A stretch of 64,000 nucleotides of DNA from an uncultured Verrucomicrobiae bacterium (GTDB taxonomy: Bacteria; Verrucomicrobiota; Verrucomicrobiia; Chthoniobacterales; JAFAMB01): contig CAVXLD010000004.1 in the NCBI GenBank assembly GCA_963762565.1, forward strand, positions 64,001 through 128,000, written 5' to 3'. Shown piece after piece: positions 40,994-49,942 of this stretch; position 1 is the first letter of the stretch, and every line of letters begins with the position of its first letter. A program made the translations under genes and the position numbers. The notes beneath the pieces were generated by a model. It did not search any database. It was given only the letters and a program-made list of their open reading frames with translations, and was not told the DNA's origin.

Positions 40994-41981
40994 TTATTGT
41001 ATACCAGCGTTGGCTGTTAACCTGTTCTGCAATTTGATAGACTTAGCGCCCAAGCGGGTGAATGCCGCTTGAATAGCTGATTTGTTTTTTTGGTAGAAGC
41101 GCGACCGTTCGGTATCGTCAGTTATACCGTCTAGCGCCGCTAATATACCAACACCTTCGGTTGGTTGCGGCTCGGGCAAGCGGCTCAATTGATTCCGGTT
41201 TTTGCTAAGAGGCGACAGGCTAACACATTAGCTTGCTTCTCGAATTTTTCCGTTAACTCGACTCGTTGCGCTTCAAGCCTAGCCTGGAATTGCTGCTCTG
41301 TCGGAACGCTAGAAACATTATCCTTTGGCTCCAGCGATTCACAAAGCTTGTCTAACCGATCGGCTGCGTTATCGTGGAACGCTGCCAAGCGGCTTAGAAA
41401 CTGCGTCGTCTCGGCACATTGAGGACACTGGATTTGTACTGCACCCTTGCGCTTGTGCCCGCTCGGTACAACTTGAGCCGGAACAACTGTCGAGAGTTAG
41501 TAGCGGCTAAACCACCGTCAGAAAATAATCCACTGGTCGCGGCTGGGTCACTTACGATCGCAGCCCCGCTAATTGACTCACACCGCACAAAGTCTTTGCC
41601 GCCGATAGTTTGCGTCGTTGGGACGAACTCGACCGACAGCCCAAATTCCTTGGGCATTCGATCCGCGATTTCGAGTACATAATTTCGATGCTCGGATGAC
41701 TGAAGAAGTTGTAAATCTGCGCGCAGAGAATCGCCGTCCAACCGGAAATTACTCAGCGTTCCTACGAAGCTTGCGGCAGAATTTTGATGATCTAGTTTGC
41801 AACGCAAAGTCTTTTTGCTTTGGCAAGCCGTTAGAAAGCTCTGCAACGTTTTTGAATCAATGTGCAGATTGTGGCCAGCGGCAACACCCGTTTTGCTGGA
41901 TATCAGACAAACGCCCTTTATAAGACCTGCCGCACGGTCAATTTGTGATGCGCCGAATTTAGTTGTATAGGTTGTCATCAC
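40994..41981 (-). pseudogene. Phage prohead maturation protease-scaffold fusion split into three ORFs by two -1 shifts
   Basis: KLDH...VGTLSNFRLDGDSLRADLQLL...FGLSVEF...IVSDPAATSGLFS (His/Asp/Ser protease pattern). Continues after a shift near 41495 into a CPQC and coiled-coil segment, and near 41187 into ILAALDGITDDTERSRFYQKNK. Confidence 0.72.
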
Positions 41982-42505
41982 AATTTTGCGGCGTGGACGA
42001 TACGCGAAGTTAGTTGCGTTTGTTTGCGAGCAGCGTTTTCTAAGTCCGCAACACTGATGTACTTTTGCGGCCCAGCGTTTGAAGCCGCCGTGTTGTCTCC
42101 GACATGCAATGGCGGTCTTGTATTTCCGTCTGGATTCGGCACACCTTTTTGCATTCCGCTAGTAACTGTCTTTTTGAGCGCATCGCTCGTTGAGGCCCAG
42201 ATGTTTAGCAAATCGGCGTTACCTAAACTTTCGATGTGCTTCTGCAAAATATCGATCGCACCATAGATTGGGCTATCGTCGTTAGAACCTTCCATAGGAA
42301 CGCTGCCGTCAAAATCGCTATCGCCAATGTCGTCTTGGTCAACTCGTTGCGTATCGACGGGAGCGTTGCCTACATCAAATTGCTTGGTGCCCATCACATC
42401 GTTAAACCCCGATTGATGATTGAGAATGTAGCTTGTTCGACGGCCAGCCTTCAGCCAATTCTTTGCGGCTCGATTAAACTGTTGTTCTTGGATTGTTGTA
42501 CTCAT
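41978..42505 (-). CDS. Hypothetical protein (175 aa), coupled to the protease gene
   Basis: Stop overlaps the protease start; acidic, low-complexity centre. Confidence 0.65.
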   Translation of the reverse strand: MSTTIQEQQFNRAAKNWLKAGRRTSYILNHQSGFNDVMGTKQFDVGNAPVDTQRVDQDDIGDSDFDGSVPMEGSNDDSPIYGAIDILQKHIESLGNADLLNIWASTSDALKKTVTSGMQKGVPNPDGNTRPPLHVGDNTAASNAGPQKYISVADLENAARKQTQLTSRIVHAAKL

Positions 42506-42569
42506 ATCAAATTCGTTTTCTCTTGAATCGCTTTAAACTCGGCTTGACGCATCTCGCCTTGTAAGTTGG

Positions 42570-42866
42570 TTAGATACTCTTTGGTGTCCGCCATATCTGA
42601 TCGGTTAAGTCAAGATCCGGCAGTGGCTTAGAATAGCTTGTGTTGTGAAGAATCCTCGCGCCTTTATTCGGGTTAATCCAAGGCGCGGACGTAAACGCGT
42701 TCAGCCGGGTGAAGTTAGCTACGCTCAAACCAACGTCGTTAGCTAGGAAGCCCGACAGCAAACCTTCGCTAAAACCTAACGTGCGAGATAAACGGGCTTG
42801 GCTACATTGATTCTCGAAAAGCCACTCTTTTACCTGGCGTCGAAGTTGGAAATAAGGATCTTGCAT
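42570..42866 (-). CDS. XRE-like HTH protein
   Basis: SQARLSRTLGFSEGLLSGFL helix-turn-helix pattern. Confidence 0.65.
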   Translation of the reverse strand: MQDPYFQLRRQVKEWLFENQCSQARLSRTLGFSEGLLSGFLANDVGLSVANFTRLNAFTSAPWINPNKGARILHNTSYSKPLPDLDLTDQIWRTPKSI

Positions 42867-43179
42867 AATTCTAAATACACTTCAGTCTCGTTGAAGGCTT
42901 AACTGTATTTGAAATAGAGACTCTCGGATCTACATAGGTGCAAAACGATGCGCCACCCGTTGCTAAATTCGGGATGAATCGTACGAGAGCTTGTTAATCG
43001 ATGTCGGTGCGCGCGGTAAGTTATGGTTTTGGCAAAATGTCAAACGGGTTCCTTGTAAGCCTAAAGAAAATGTAACCGCGCGGGCCGCATCGAGGAGATT
43101 GTTAGTTAGTTGCTGCAAGAGCCTCGATCGTCCTTGGTTAGCGATCGAGGTTCACTGTTTTAGAATTACGATTTCAAGC

Positions 43180-43719
43180 ATGAGTACGCCGAATAAAATC
43201 GATTCCATCGTTGGCGATCCACGAGTTCACGCAATTTTAGCCGCCGCGTCCTTCAACGGATTGATCTGGTTAACGCCAGACGGCAAACGCTATCCGATCT
43301 TACAGAGAATCGCCGAACTATACCCAACCGCTTCGCGATCCTTGCGCCAACACGTTGTGCGTCGCCTTAGCGGACGAGAGCGTAAGCCCGTTAAACGCAC
43401 TGCCAGCCCACCGAAACGCGCGGACGTCGCTAGAGTGTCGAGGCTACCCAAGCCGCCCAAATGTCGCGCCAGAGTCAAACTTGCAATTGCAACGGCAGCA
43501 CCGCAAATTACGTTGCCGCCGATTAAAGAGGTGGAGCATCGAGCACAGAAACGCACTAGCTTTTCGTTTCTAGGCCCAGATGGGTTTACAGGCTATTCGT
43601 TCGACTCTTTTGGCGAGGCGAGGCAGGCCCGCGAGGCTCTAAGGCCAGAATACACTCAGGCTGAGATTTTCAACCAAGTGAAACGCGCACCCGGTAGGCC
43701 CTGCGGCTCGGACGAGTAG
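43180..43719 (+). CDS. Hypothetical basic protein (179 aa)
   Basis: ATG at 43180 within a track ORF; followed by a hairpin. Confidence 0.5.
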   Translation: MSTPNKIDSIVGDPRVHAILAAASFNGLIWLTPDGKRYPILQRIAELYPTASRSLRQHVVRRLSGRERKPVKRTASPPKRADVARVSRLPKPPKCRARVKLAIATAAPQITLPPIKEVEHRAQKRTSFSFLGPDGFTGYSFDSFGEARQAREALRPEYTQAEIFNQVKRAPGRPCGSDE

Positions 43720-43751
43720 TAACGACGGGCGGCCCGGATCTTTTGAAAGAC

Positions 43752-43783
43752 AAGGAGCCCGAATTTTCTCCGGGCTCCTTCTT
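43752..43783 (+). terminator. Probable intrinsic terminator
   Basis: AAGGAGCCCG-aattttctc-CGGGCTCCTT-ctt. Confidence 0.55.
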
Positions 43784-44726
43784 CGTGCTCAGTCTAAGAA
43801 TGTACGGTCAGATCATCAATTCAAAGGCTGCCCACGGATTTGGGGGGGGATCTAAGATTTCCCTAACAAGGCGTCGCCCTCCAATATGTATTTGAAAGTC
43901 TTGTAAAAGCTTTTGCGTATTGCAGAAGGTCAAGCGAAAGCTGATCGCGCCGTCAGCCGGTCGGCATGGGGCCAGCAACGCGGACGAGGCTCTCGCCAAT
44001 CGCTGCGGCTTTTGCGTTCGGGCTCGCCGCCTACAAGTCAGGCCTGTGCGCTTCCAATAGCTGGCATTCTTGCTCAAGCCACAGTCGGACATAAGGCGCG
44101 ATCGTTGGCACGGAGCTAGAGAGATGATTCATCGAATTAAGCCAAGCCTCTTGTTCCAAGTCAGTGGATGACCGGCCCTGAGAGCTGAACGTCACAGTCG
44201 AGCCGTCCTTGTGTCTCCATATAAACAAAAAATTCTCGGTTCCCATCCCTGGGTTGGATTCTAAATTCGAAAAATGTTAGCGAACACGCTTTGAAGGGGA
44301 GTCTTCCAGAGCGCCCTGCAACCCTCCAATATGTAATGCAAAGCGTTGTGAGAGCTTTTGGGTATGGCAAAACGTGAACCCAAAGCTGATTGCAACGCCA
44401 GAACGCTGCAAGTCTTGTAGGCGATTCGGAACGTCTTTAGAGATTCTAGGACAAAAAAAGAGACAGAGGCGCAAGGAGCGGCGAACTAGAATAGGAGCCC
44501 GGGGGACCGTGCACGGACGCATTGCCCGACTTCGCATCTGGGTGCCTCCATGAGGTGCCCGGTGCCTGCTCCCGAACAAGGGAACGCGGATCGTTCGGGC
44601 GCTTAACGGTTAGAGGGGGGGGAAAAGGTCATTCTGCTGGAGCAGAGTGACCTTTTCATTGTTGAGCCGCCCACAAGCCCCTCCAGACGTTCGCAAATCG
44701 CTTAGCGCATGCTTCGGCGGTCCACT

Positions 44727-46034
44727 TCATTTTTTCAATCCGCGTTCCAATTCAGCCTCTAGTCTCTCGATTTTATTAGCCGCAATTGCTGCTTCGTTTG
44801 GGGTGCACCCGCGATCCACTGTCATTTTCTTTATTTTGAGATAACGCATTAAGTCCGCTTTTCTCTCGTCGATTTGTTCTTGTCTGACAGCAAATTCCTC
44901 TTTTGTTAGTCTTCGCGGTACATCGGGCACATCGGTCACCGGTTCCGGCGTTTGTGGATCACCGCAAACCATTTTCACAACTTCTGCAACGTCCTCGGCA
45001 TGCTGACGGGCTTTCTCAGACTTGATAGCCTTCGCCTTTGTCACCTCGGCTGGTTCGACATAGTTTTTTCCCTTCCATCGGCGGCGTCCGACTCTGACGA
45101 CGGGCATCATGTTTTCGTCTCTCACGCTGTTGCAGAGGTTGCGCCATTTGTAGTGCGCATACTCCTCCAGATCCATTTCTCGAATCTCTGTTGACGGTGA
45201 GGACGCTTGAAACTGCTCTAGAATACCGATTCGCTGCGGGTCCTTAATAACCCAACCTGGTATATCGTTGACGTGCGTTTCTGGCATCGCGCCGAACAAT
45301 ATCCAAAGCTTGACCTGAACGTCGGTCTTCGGTTTGCGGCTCGCTTTCTCTTGGGCTAGCGCTGCTCTCGCCTTTTCAATCTCGGCATCGCTCGGGTTAG
45401 CAACGCTGGGGTGAGTGCCCGACCAAAGACTGGAGCCGTGAGAAACGAAGAATCCTTTTTTGTTCCTTCCTGTGTGGTGAATTGATTCCGCAGCTTCACG
45501 GTCACAACCGCAAATCTTCATTATTTCTTCTAACAGAGCAGCCAATGACCTGACTGTTATTTTGCTAAATTTATCTCGGTGTGTGTCTTCAACCTTCCAG
45601 TCGCCGATTTTGCCGGACTTCGGCGAGATACCGAACCGAAAACTTGGCTCGGTGCCGTGGTACGACAACCATTGTCCGGTGCCCTTCTTAGCCCGGTTAT
45701 TCTGTGCGTCCCATTCAATAACGAATATCTTGGAATCCAACTCAGGACATTTAATCGGGCGGCCTCGTGTGAGTGCTCTCCTGGCTGCTAACGCGGCTTG
45801 ACTTGGTCCCGCAAGAATATTGTTCCAATAGTCATTGCAAAAAGCTAACTGCTCTTTGCTCAGCATATCAACTTCGATCTCGCTAAATTGACACCCCGGA
45901 CATAACGAATAGAAACCGGGGTACTTTATTTTGGCGTGCTCTCTAGCTATCGCTACCAACCAATCGTTTTCGTTTCGTATCGACCAGCCGCTAGCAAATG
46001 TTGATGGGTCTACCTTTTTGACTTCAGCTGTCAT
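44727..46034 (-). CDS. Hypothetical protein (435 aa) with C-terminal DUF2786-like motif
   Basis: C-terminal KIKKMTVDRGCTPNEAAIAANKIERL; the rest is unrecognised. Confidence 0.7.
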   Translation of the reverse strand: MTAEVKKVDPSTFASGWSIRNENDWLVAIAREHAKIKYPGFYSLCPGCQFSEIEVDMLSKEQLAFCNDYWNNILAGPSQAALAARRALTRGRPIKCPELDSKIFVIEWDAQNNRAKKGTGQWLSYHGTEPSFRFGISPKSGKIGDWKVEDTHRDKFSKITVRSLAALLEEIMKICGCDREAAESIHHTGRNKKGFFVSHGSSLWSGTHPSVANPSDAEIEKARAALAQEKASRKPKTDVQVKLWILFGAMPETHVNDIPGWVIKDPQRIGILEQFQASSPSTEIREMDLEEYAHYKWRNLCNSVRDENMMPVVRVGRRRWKGKNYVEPAEVTKAKAIKSEKARQHAEDVAEVVKMVCGDPQTPEPVTDVPDVPRRLTKEEFAVRQEQIDERKADLMRYLKIKKMTVDRGCTPNEAAIAANKIERLEAELERGLKK

Positions 46035-46183
46035 CCGAGACCCCTTCTATTAAAAAGCGCGATGGGGTCCGAACGCGTGCCCCCCCTTGCGGGGGAGGCG
46101 CGGTAGCGCCAGCGTTTGGTGCCCCGGAGCGCAATCGTTCGATAGAGAGTCAGTCAGTCTCGAAAAGATAATTCCTCTTAAGG

Positions 46184-46490
46184 CTTCTTGGGTACTGCAC
46201 AACGCGACTCCGTCGCCCGCGTTGGGAGCGGCTGCGGTTGCGCAGTACCTAAGAAGATATGAGACATGCTCGCATGTCTCGCTGGCGCTGTACTGACTCA
46301 TGCTAAAATGTCTCGCTAGACTATACAGACCAGTACCGGATATGTCTCGCTGGTTAGACTGACCAGTACCAAAACATCTCGCTGGCGTGCAGTCACGATA
46401 TCCGACAGCATTGTCTCGGGAGATCATGACTACATAGTCACGGTAAACGTCTCCGAAAAGAGACGTTTGCGAAAGACTCCGCTTGCAAAC
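46184..46490. other. Putative replication origin: ~34-bp iteron-like repeats and multiple hairpins
   Basis: ATGTCTCGCT units at 46274, 46308, 46342, degenerate at ~46374, 46411, 46447; hairpins at 46184-46256, 46261-46280, 46427-46440, 46445-46468. Confidence 0.55.
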
Positions 46491-46584
46491 CGACGAGAAT
46501 AGTTTACCATCGAAACACTTTAGTTTGTTTTGTTGCTGCTCGGATCCGCTCACCTTCGCTCGGTGAGCGTTTCCATTTATAGGC

Positions 46585-46824
46585 TCATCGGGCGGGCTCA
46601 TGTTTGCGGTCCTTTCGTGGTCGTCCTCGCTTGAATTCTCCTGCGTCTCGCCGGTTCAGATAATCTCTGGAATCTTCTGGCATGATAAAGAATCGTCCGC
46701 CAACACGGGTGGCCTGCAGCTTCCCTTTGTGGATGTGGTATATGACCATCAGTTTCGAGATACCCGCCTGACGAGCCATTTTCTCAGTAGTGACTAGGTC
46801 GTTCGGATTAAATTGGTAGTTCAT
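46585..46824 (-). CDS. Excisionase-like HTH (HTH_17/MerR-type) protein
   Basis: LVTTEKMARQAGISKLMVIYHIHKGKLQATRVGGRFFI; C-terminal KRGRPRK AT-hook-like motif. Confidence 0.8.
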   Translation of the reverse strand: MNYQFNPNDLVTTEKMARQAGISKLMVIYHIHKGKLQATRVGGRFFIMPEDSRDYLNRRDAGEFKRGRPRKDRKHEPAR

Positions 46825-47090
46825 CGTGATAATTAACTTTTTGTCGTTTAATATTAACTACACCATTAGACGTGCGAAGACGCCGAGGGTTCAAAAGTTA
46901 GTTGAAGGTTAAAGACGATTTTAAAGCATAAGAAAGTTAGACGAAACTAACTTGGATTTGTATAGTCAAAACAACAAGTGACTGTTGTCATTTCAAACTA
47001 TTTGTTAATCTAACAAATGTCACGACGAGCCTAGTTGCGGACTGAATGTAATAAGCTTGAAACGTATGGCAGTCCGACCGAAAATCGGCT

Positions 47091-47534
47091 ATGGATAGAC
47101 CCCCCACTTCAGAAGAAGAACGATTCGCGAAACTGCTAGAAGCGGAAATCGAACCTAGATTTTACCTCAGAGTAAAACGCGAACGCCAAGCGGAGACGCT
47201 AGAAGAAGTTCATGATTCTTACCGACTTCTTATGAGAGCCACGGATGTTTCGGGATGGACACCCGAGAGATGCCATTTCTCAAGTCAATTAAACATAACA
47301 ACCATTGGCGGAGATATCTTGAAGATGTGGGTACGAACCGTCGCCGACTTAGTTGTCGAAAGGCTTCTTAGTATTATTCCGAAATCGGAAGGCAGAATCG
47401 TGTTAATGGTGACTTCGCTTGTTTTCTTGGCAGATCCGAAAGATCCTGGCGCTGAGATATTTAATAATTATATCTCATTTCAGTATCATGTCGACGAGGT
47501 GGGTATCAGAGGCGTCCGCTGGTCGCCTGCATAG
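47091..47534 (+). CDS. Hypothetical protein (147 aa), divergent from xis and convergent with int
   Basis: Open ORF flanked by an AT-rich divergent region and a terminator. Confidence 0.6.
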   Translation: MDRPPTSEEERFAKLLEAEIEPRFYLRVKRERQAETLEEVHDSYRLLMRATDVSGWTPERCHFSSQLNITTIGGDILKMWVRTVADLVVERLLSIIPKSEGRIVLMVTSLVFLADPKDPGAEIFNNYISFQYHVDEVGIRGVRWSPA

Positions 47535-47564
47535 GCTGTTCGAACCACCACGGCGCTGTCATTA

Positions 47565-47604
47565 TGACAACAAAAAGGCCGGATTGATTACCGGCCTGTT
47601 GTCA
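47565..47604. terminator. Bidirectional hairpin between convergent genes
   Basis: TGACAACA..AGGCCGG-attgatta-CCGGCCT-GTTGTCA. Confidence 0.55.
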
Positions 47605-48882
47605 GGAGATTTTGTGCTTTACCTCGTCGGATTCGGGCTTTTCTTGCCCGAGTAAATGATTCAGCGCCTCGCCTAACTCCTCGGGACTTTCGACCATGCG
47701 CAACTTGAACCATTGCGCGCCAGTCTCCGGAGTCAGCACTTCTAAGTAGTGCCTTTTGATGGTCGCCTCCGACGTGCCCGCCCAACGCGACAATTGCGCA
47801 ATTCCCGCATCAGGATTCGCGGCCAGCCAATGCGATATCGCTGAACGTCGCAAGCCGTTGTGGATAATCTGGACGTCGGCAATCTGATGCACCAACCGCA
47901 ACCATTTGCTGAACTCAACATGCATCACCGGCACGATTGGTCCGGCGCTGCCTTTGTATGGCTCAATCCACCGCAATAGAGCGTCGGTTATCGGCACAAA
48001 TCTTTCGTTGCCTGCCTTGCGTTTTGTTGCTTTGCCGACGCTAGCGCGAACGTGAATGCGCTTATTTTTCCAGTCTACATCTTCCCATTTCAGAACGTCT
48101 TCGGCAGCATACAGTTTGACCAGTTCAGAGGTCCGAAACCAGCCAAACCCTTGCAGCGCCAATGCGGGGATCAACCAACTTGGAAGCTTTTCGCTATTGC
48201 CTGCCACATGTATCAACAGCTCGCCGAATTTAATGCCGGTATAGACTTGCTGTGCCACGTGTGGAACGTCGGGCGCTTTCAGTAAATCAATCGGGTTCTC
48301 AATCAACCATCGATGCCGCACACCATAGTCAAACAATGGCTTGATTCTCTTGAAGTAGCTTCTGATGGTCCACGGTTCCGCTGGTACCTCTCTCTTTTTC
48401 TTCCCCTTCCCTTTCTTAACTTTTAGACCGTGTAACCAAGTCTCAAGTTCGCCGCTGTGAATCTGGTGCATTAAGCGGTCGGGAAATGCTTCAGAAAACG
48501 TCTTTTGGCGGTGGCGTATGTCTGATGCGGTTCGCTTGCTAACCTTCGGCAAATGCCATTCCTGAAATGCTACAACAGCATCCTGTACAGTAATAGGCTC
48601 GATCGATCCCGAACCTGTCGCCTTCCAATGCGCGATGACTTCGGCAAGCTTTCCGAGATCGCCCAATTGCTGACGCGCAAAACAAATCCAAGTCCGTTCT
48701 TCTGCGGTCACCATAGAGCGCCCGTGCTCTTCGACATCGCCCGCTCTTTTCTTAATATCCTTTTTAGCCGCGTCTTCGCTCTCGAAATACGCCATCTCGC
48801 GCTTACCGGCTTTATTGGAAAGCCTGACAGGATATTGCACTACCCAGCGGCCATCTTTCTTGAATGGTTTGGGACGCTTCAT
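47602..48882 (-). CDS. Tyrosine recombinase / integrase
   Basis: GWFRTSEL (R), VGKATK (K), HNGLRRS (HxxR), AGTS, KRHYL (Y); adjacent to the tRNA att site. Confidence 0.93.
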   Translation of the reverse strand: MKRPKPFKKDGRWVVQYPVRLSNKAGKREMAYFESEDAAKKDIKKRAGDVEEHGRSMVTAEERTWICFARQQLGDLGKLAEVIAHWKATGSGSIEPITVQDAVVAFQEWHLPKVSKRTASDIRHRQKTFSEAFPDRLMHQIHSGELETWLHGLKVKKGKGKKKREVPAEPWTIRSYFKRIKPLFDYGVRHRWLIENPIDLLKAPDVPHVAQQVYTGIKFGELLIHVAGNSEKLPSWLIPALALQGFGWFRTSELVKLYAAEDVLKWEDVDWKNKRIHVRASVGKATKRKAGNERFVPITDALLRWIEPYKGSAGPIVPVMHVEFSKWLRLVHQIADVQIIHNGLRRSAISHWLAANPDAGIAQLSRWAGTSEATIKRHYLEVLTPETGAQWFKLRMVESPEELGEALNHLLGQEKPESDEVKHKIS

Positions 48883-49009
48883 GTTGTGCCGCAGTTTACA
48901 GCATGTACGCAGCAAACGCAGCAAATTTTACGAGAAGAGAGATGGCGACCCACTTTCTACCTTGTGTTATTAAGCGCCAGTAACCGATTGATTAACAGCT
49001 ACTTAAGTC

Positions 49010-49083
49010 TGGCTACCGCGCATGGATTCGAACCATGAATAACGCCTCCAAAGGGCGCTGTGTTACCGTTACACCACGCGGTA
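49010..49083 (-). tRNA. tRNA-Gln (anticodon UUG), CCA encoded
   Basis: TACCGCG acceptor stem, anticodon arm GCGCC-CTTTGGA-GGCGT, GGTTCGAATCC T-loop, GCCA end. Confidence 0.97.
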
Positions 49084-49379
49084 AAGCGAGGACGAAACAC
49101 TTAAGGCAAAACCCCGGATTCGCAAGGGGCAATATTGTGCCGGCAGCGAGACAGAAAACGCATTTCACAGAAGATCACAAAGGACACAAAGACAGATTCA
49201 ACAGAAGTAACAGAGGCAACGGAGGCTTTGGAGGGGGTGCAAATCTGGGCACAGCTGTGGTTGGGTTTTCACCTGTTTTCGTTCGTACCCTGTCGGACTT
49301 TTTTGCGATCTTTGCGATCTTTCGTGGCTATTATTGTCTTTTTTTGGCCCACGTCGATTCGGCTTTGTGTCGAAGCCCG

Positions 49380-49649
49380 CTAAGTGGGCAAAAGTTCCAT
49401 TGTCCAACAATCACAGCCCTGATTTACCCTTGGCAGGTTTGGGAGCGCATCCTCCTTATACGGCTCAGGATTGTAAATGGTGACCCGTCGCTCCGTGGTA
49501 TGCTTGGCTAGAAAAACGGTTTGCACGAACGCCTGCGCTGAGTCGCTCTTAGTAAGCTGATGAAGGCCGCATTCGATACCGACAAGATAGTGGTAGGTCT
49601 CGCCCCCTTCTCCCGTTTCTACCCGGACAGAGTAGACGTTTTCGGGCAT
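49380..49649 (-). CDS. Hypothetical protein (89 aa)
   Basis: MPENVYSVRV...; the longer track ORF extends into a repeat. Confidence 0.45.
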   Translation of the reverse strand: MPENVYSVRVETGEGGETYHYLVGIECGLHQLTKSDSAQAFVQTVFLAKHTTERRVTIYNPEPYKEDALPNLPRVNQGCDCWTMELLPT

Positions 49650-49816
49650 GGAGAGAAGTATAGCACTTCTGCGGGCGATTTTCGGTCGCATGTGCTGGAA
49701 AATGTTGGAATTCTGAGAGACGTCGACCTCTAGAAGATTACGTTCTTTGGGGCACATTCTTTGGCACCGGAGTCGACGACCAATCGCCAGGGGAACGTTA
49801 CCTCCGAGGACGCTCC

Positions 49817-49905
49817 TCATACCGTACCCTCCGGGACGGATCTCGGTTTGCACGTGTCCCAGGCAGTAAACTGCCTGGCTACCCTCAGTCAGTCCCTCCG
49901 GGACG
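49817..49905. repeat. REP family D copy
   Basis: CCCTCCGGGAC twice and CCAGGCAGTAAACTGCCTGG; inverted relative of 30215-30305. Confidence 0.75.
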
Positions 49906-49942
49906 AAGTCCCAGTAGCACCCATGCCGACTCCAGACCTCGT

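Larger units (their letters stand above)
34024..49053 (-). mobile_element. ~15-kb tRNA-Gln-integrated element (phage satellite-like genomic island)
   Basis: 44-bp exact direct repeats, integrase next to the tRNA 3' end, Xis-like gene, phage protease; short unknown ORFs; host REP/STR repeats absent. Confidence 0.92.

Noticed and set aside
43877..44393. Diversity-generating retroelement TR/VR pair
   Set aside because: The differences are not adenine-specific, and there is no reverse transcriptase in the window.
46274..46453. CRISPR array
   Set aside because: The period is ~34 bp with only a ~10-bp conserved core, the 'spacers' resemble each other, and no cas genes are present.
46050..46601. 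183-aa ORF as a Rep protein
   Set aside because: No HTH or initiator motif, and the sequence is dominated by DNA-level repeats; left uncalled.
34024..49053. Complete prophage or ICE
   Set aside because: No terminase, portal, capsid, tail, lysis, relaxase or T4SS genes were recognised.
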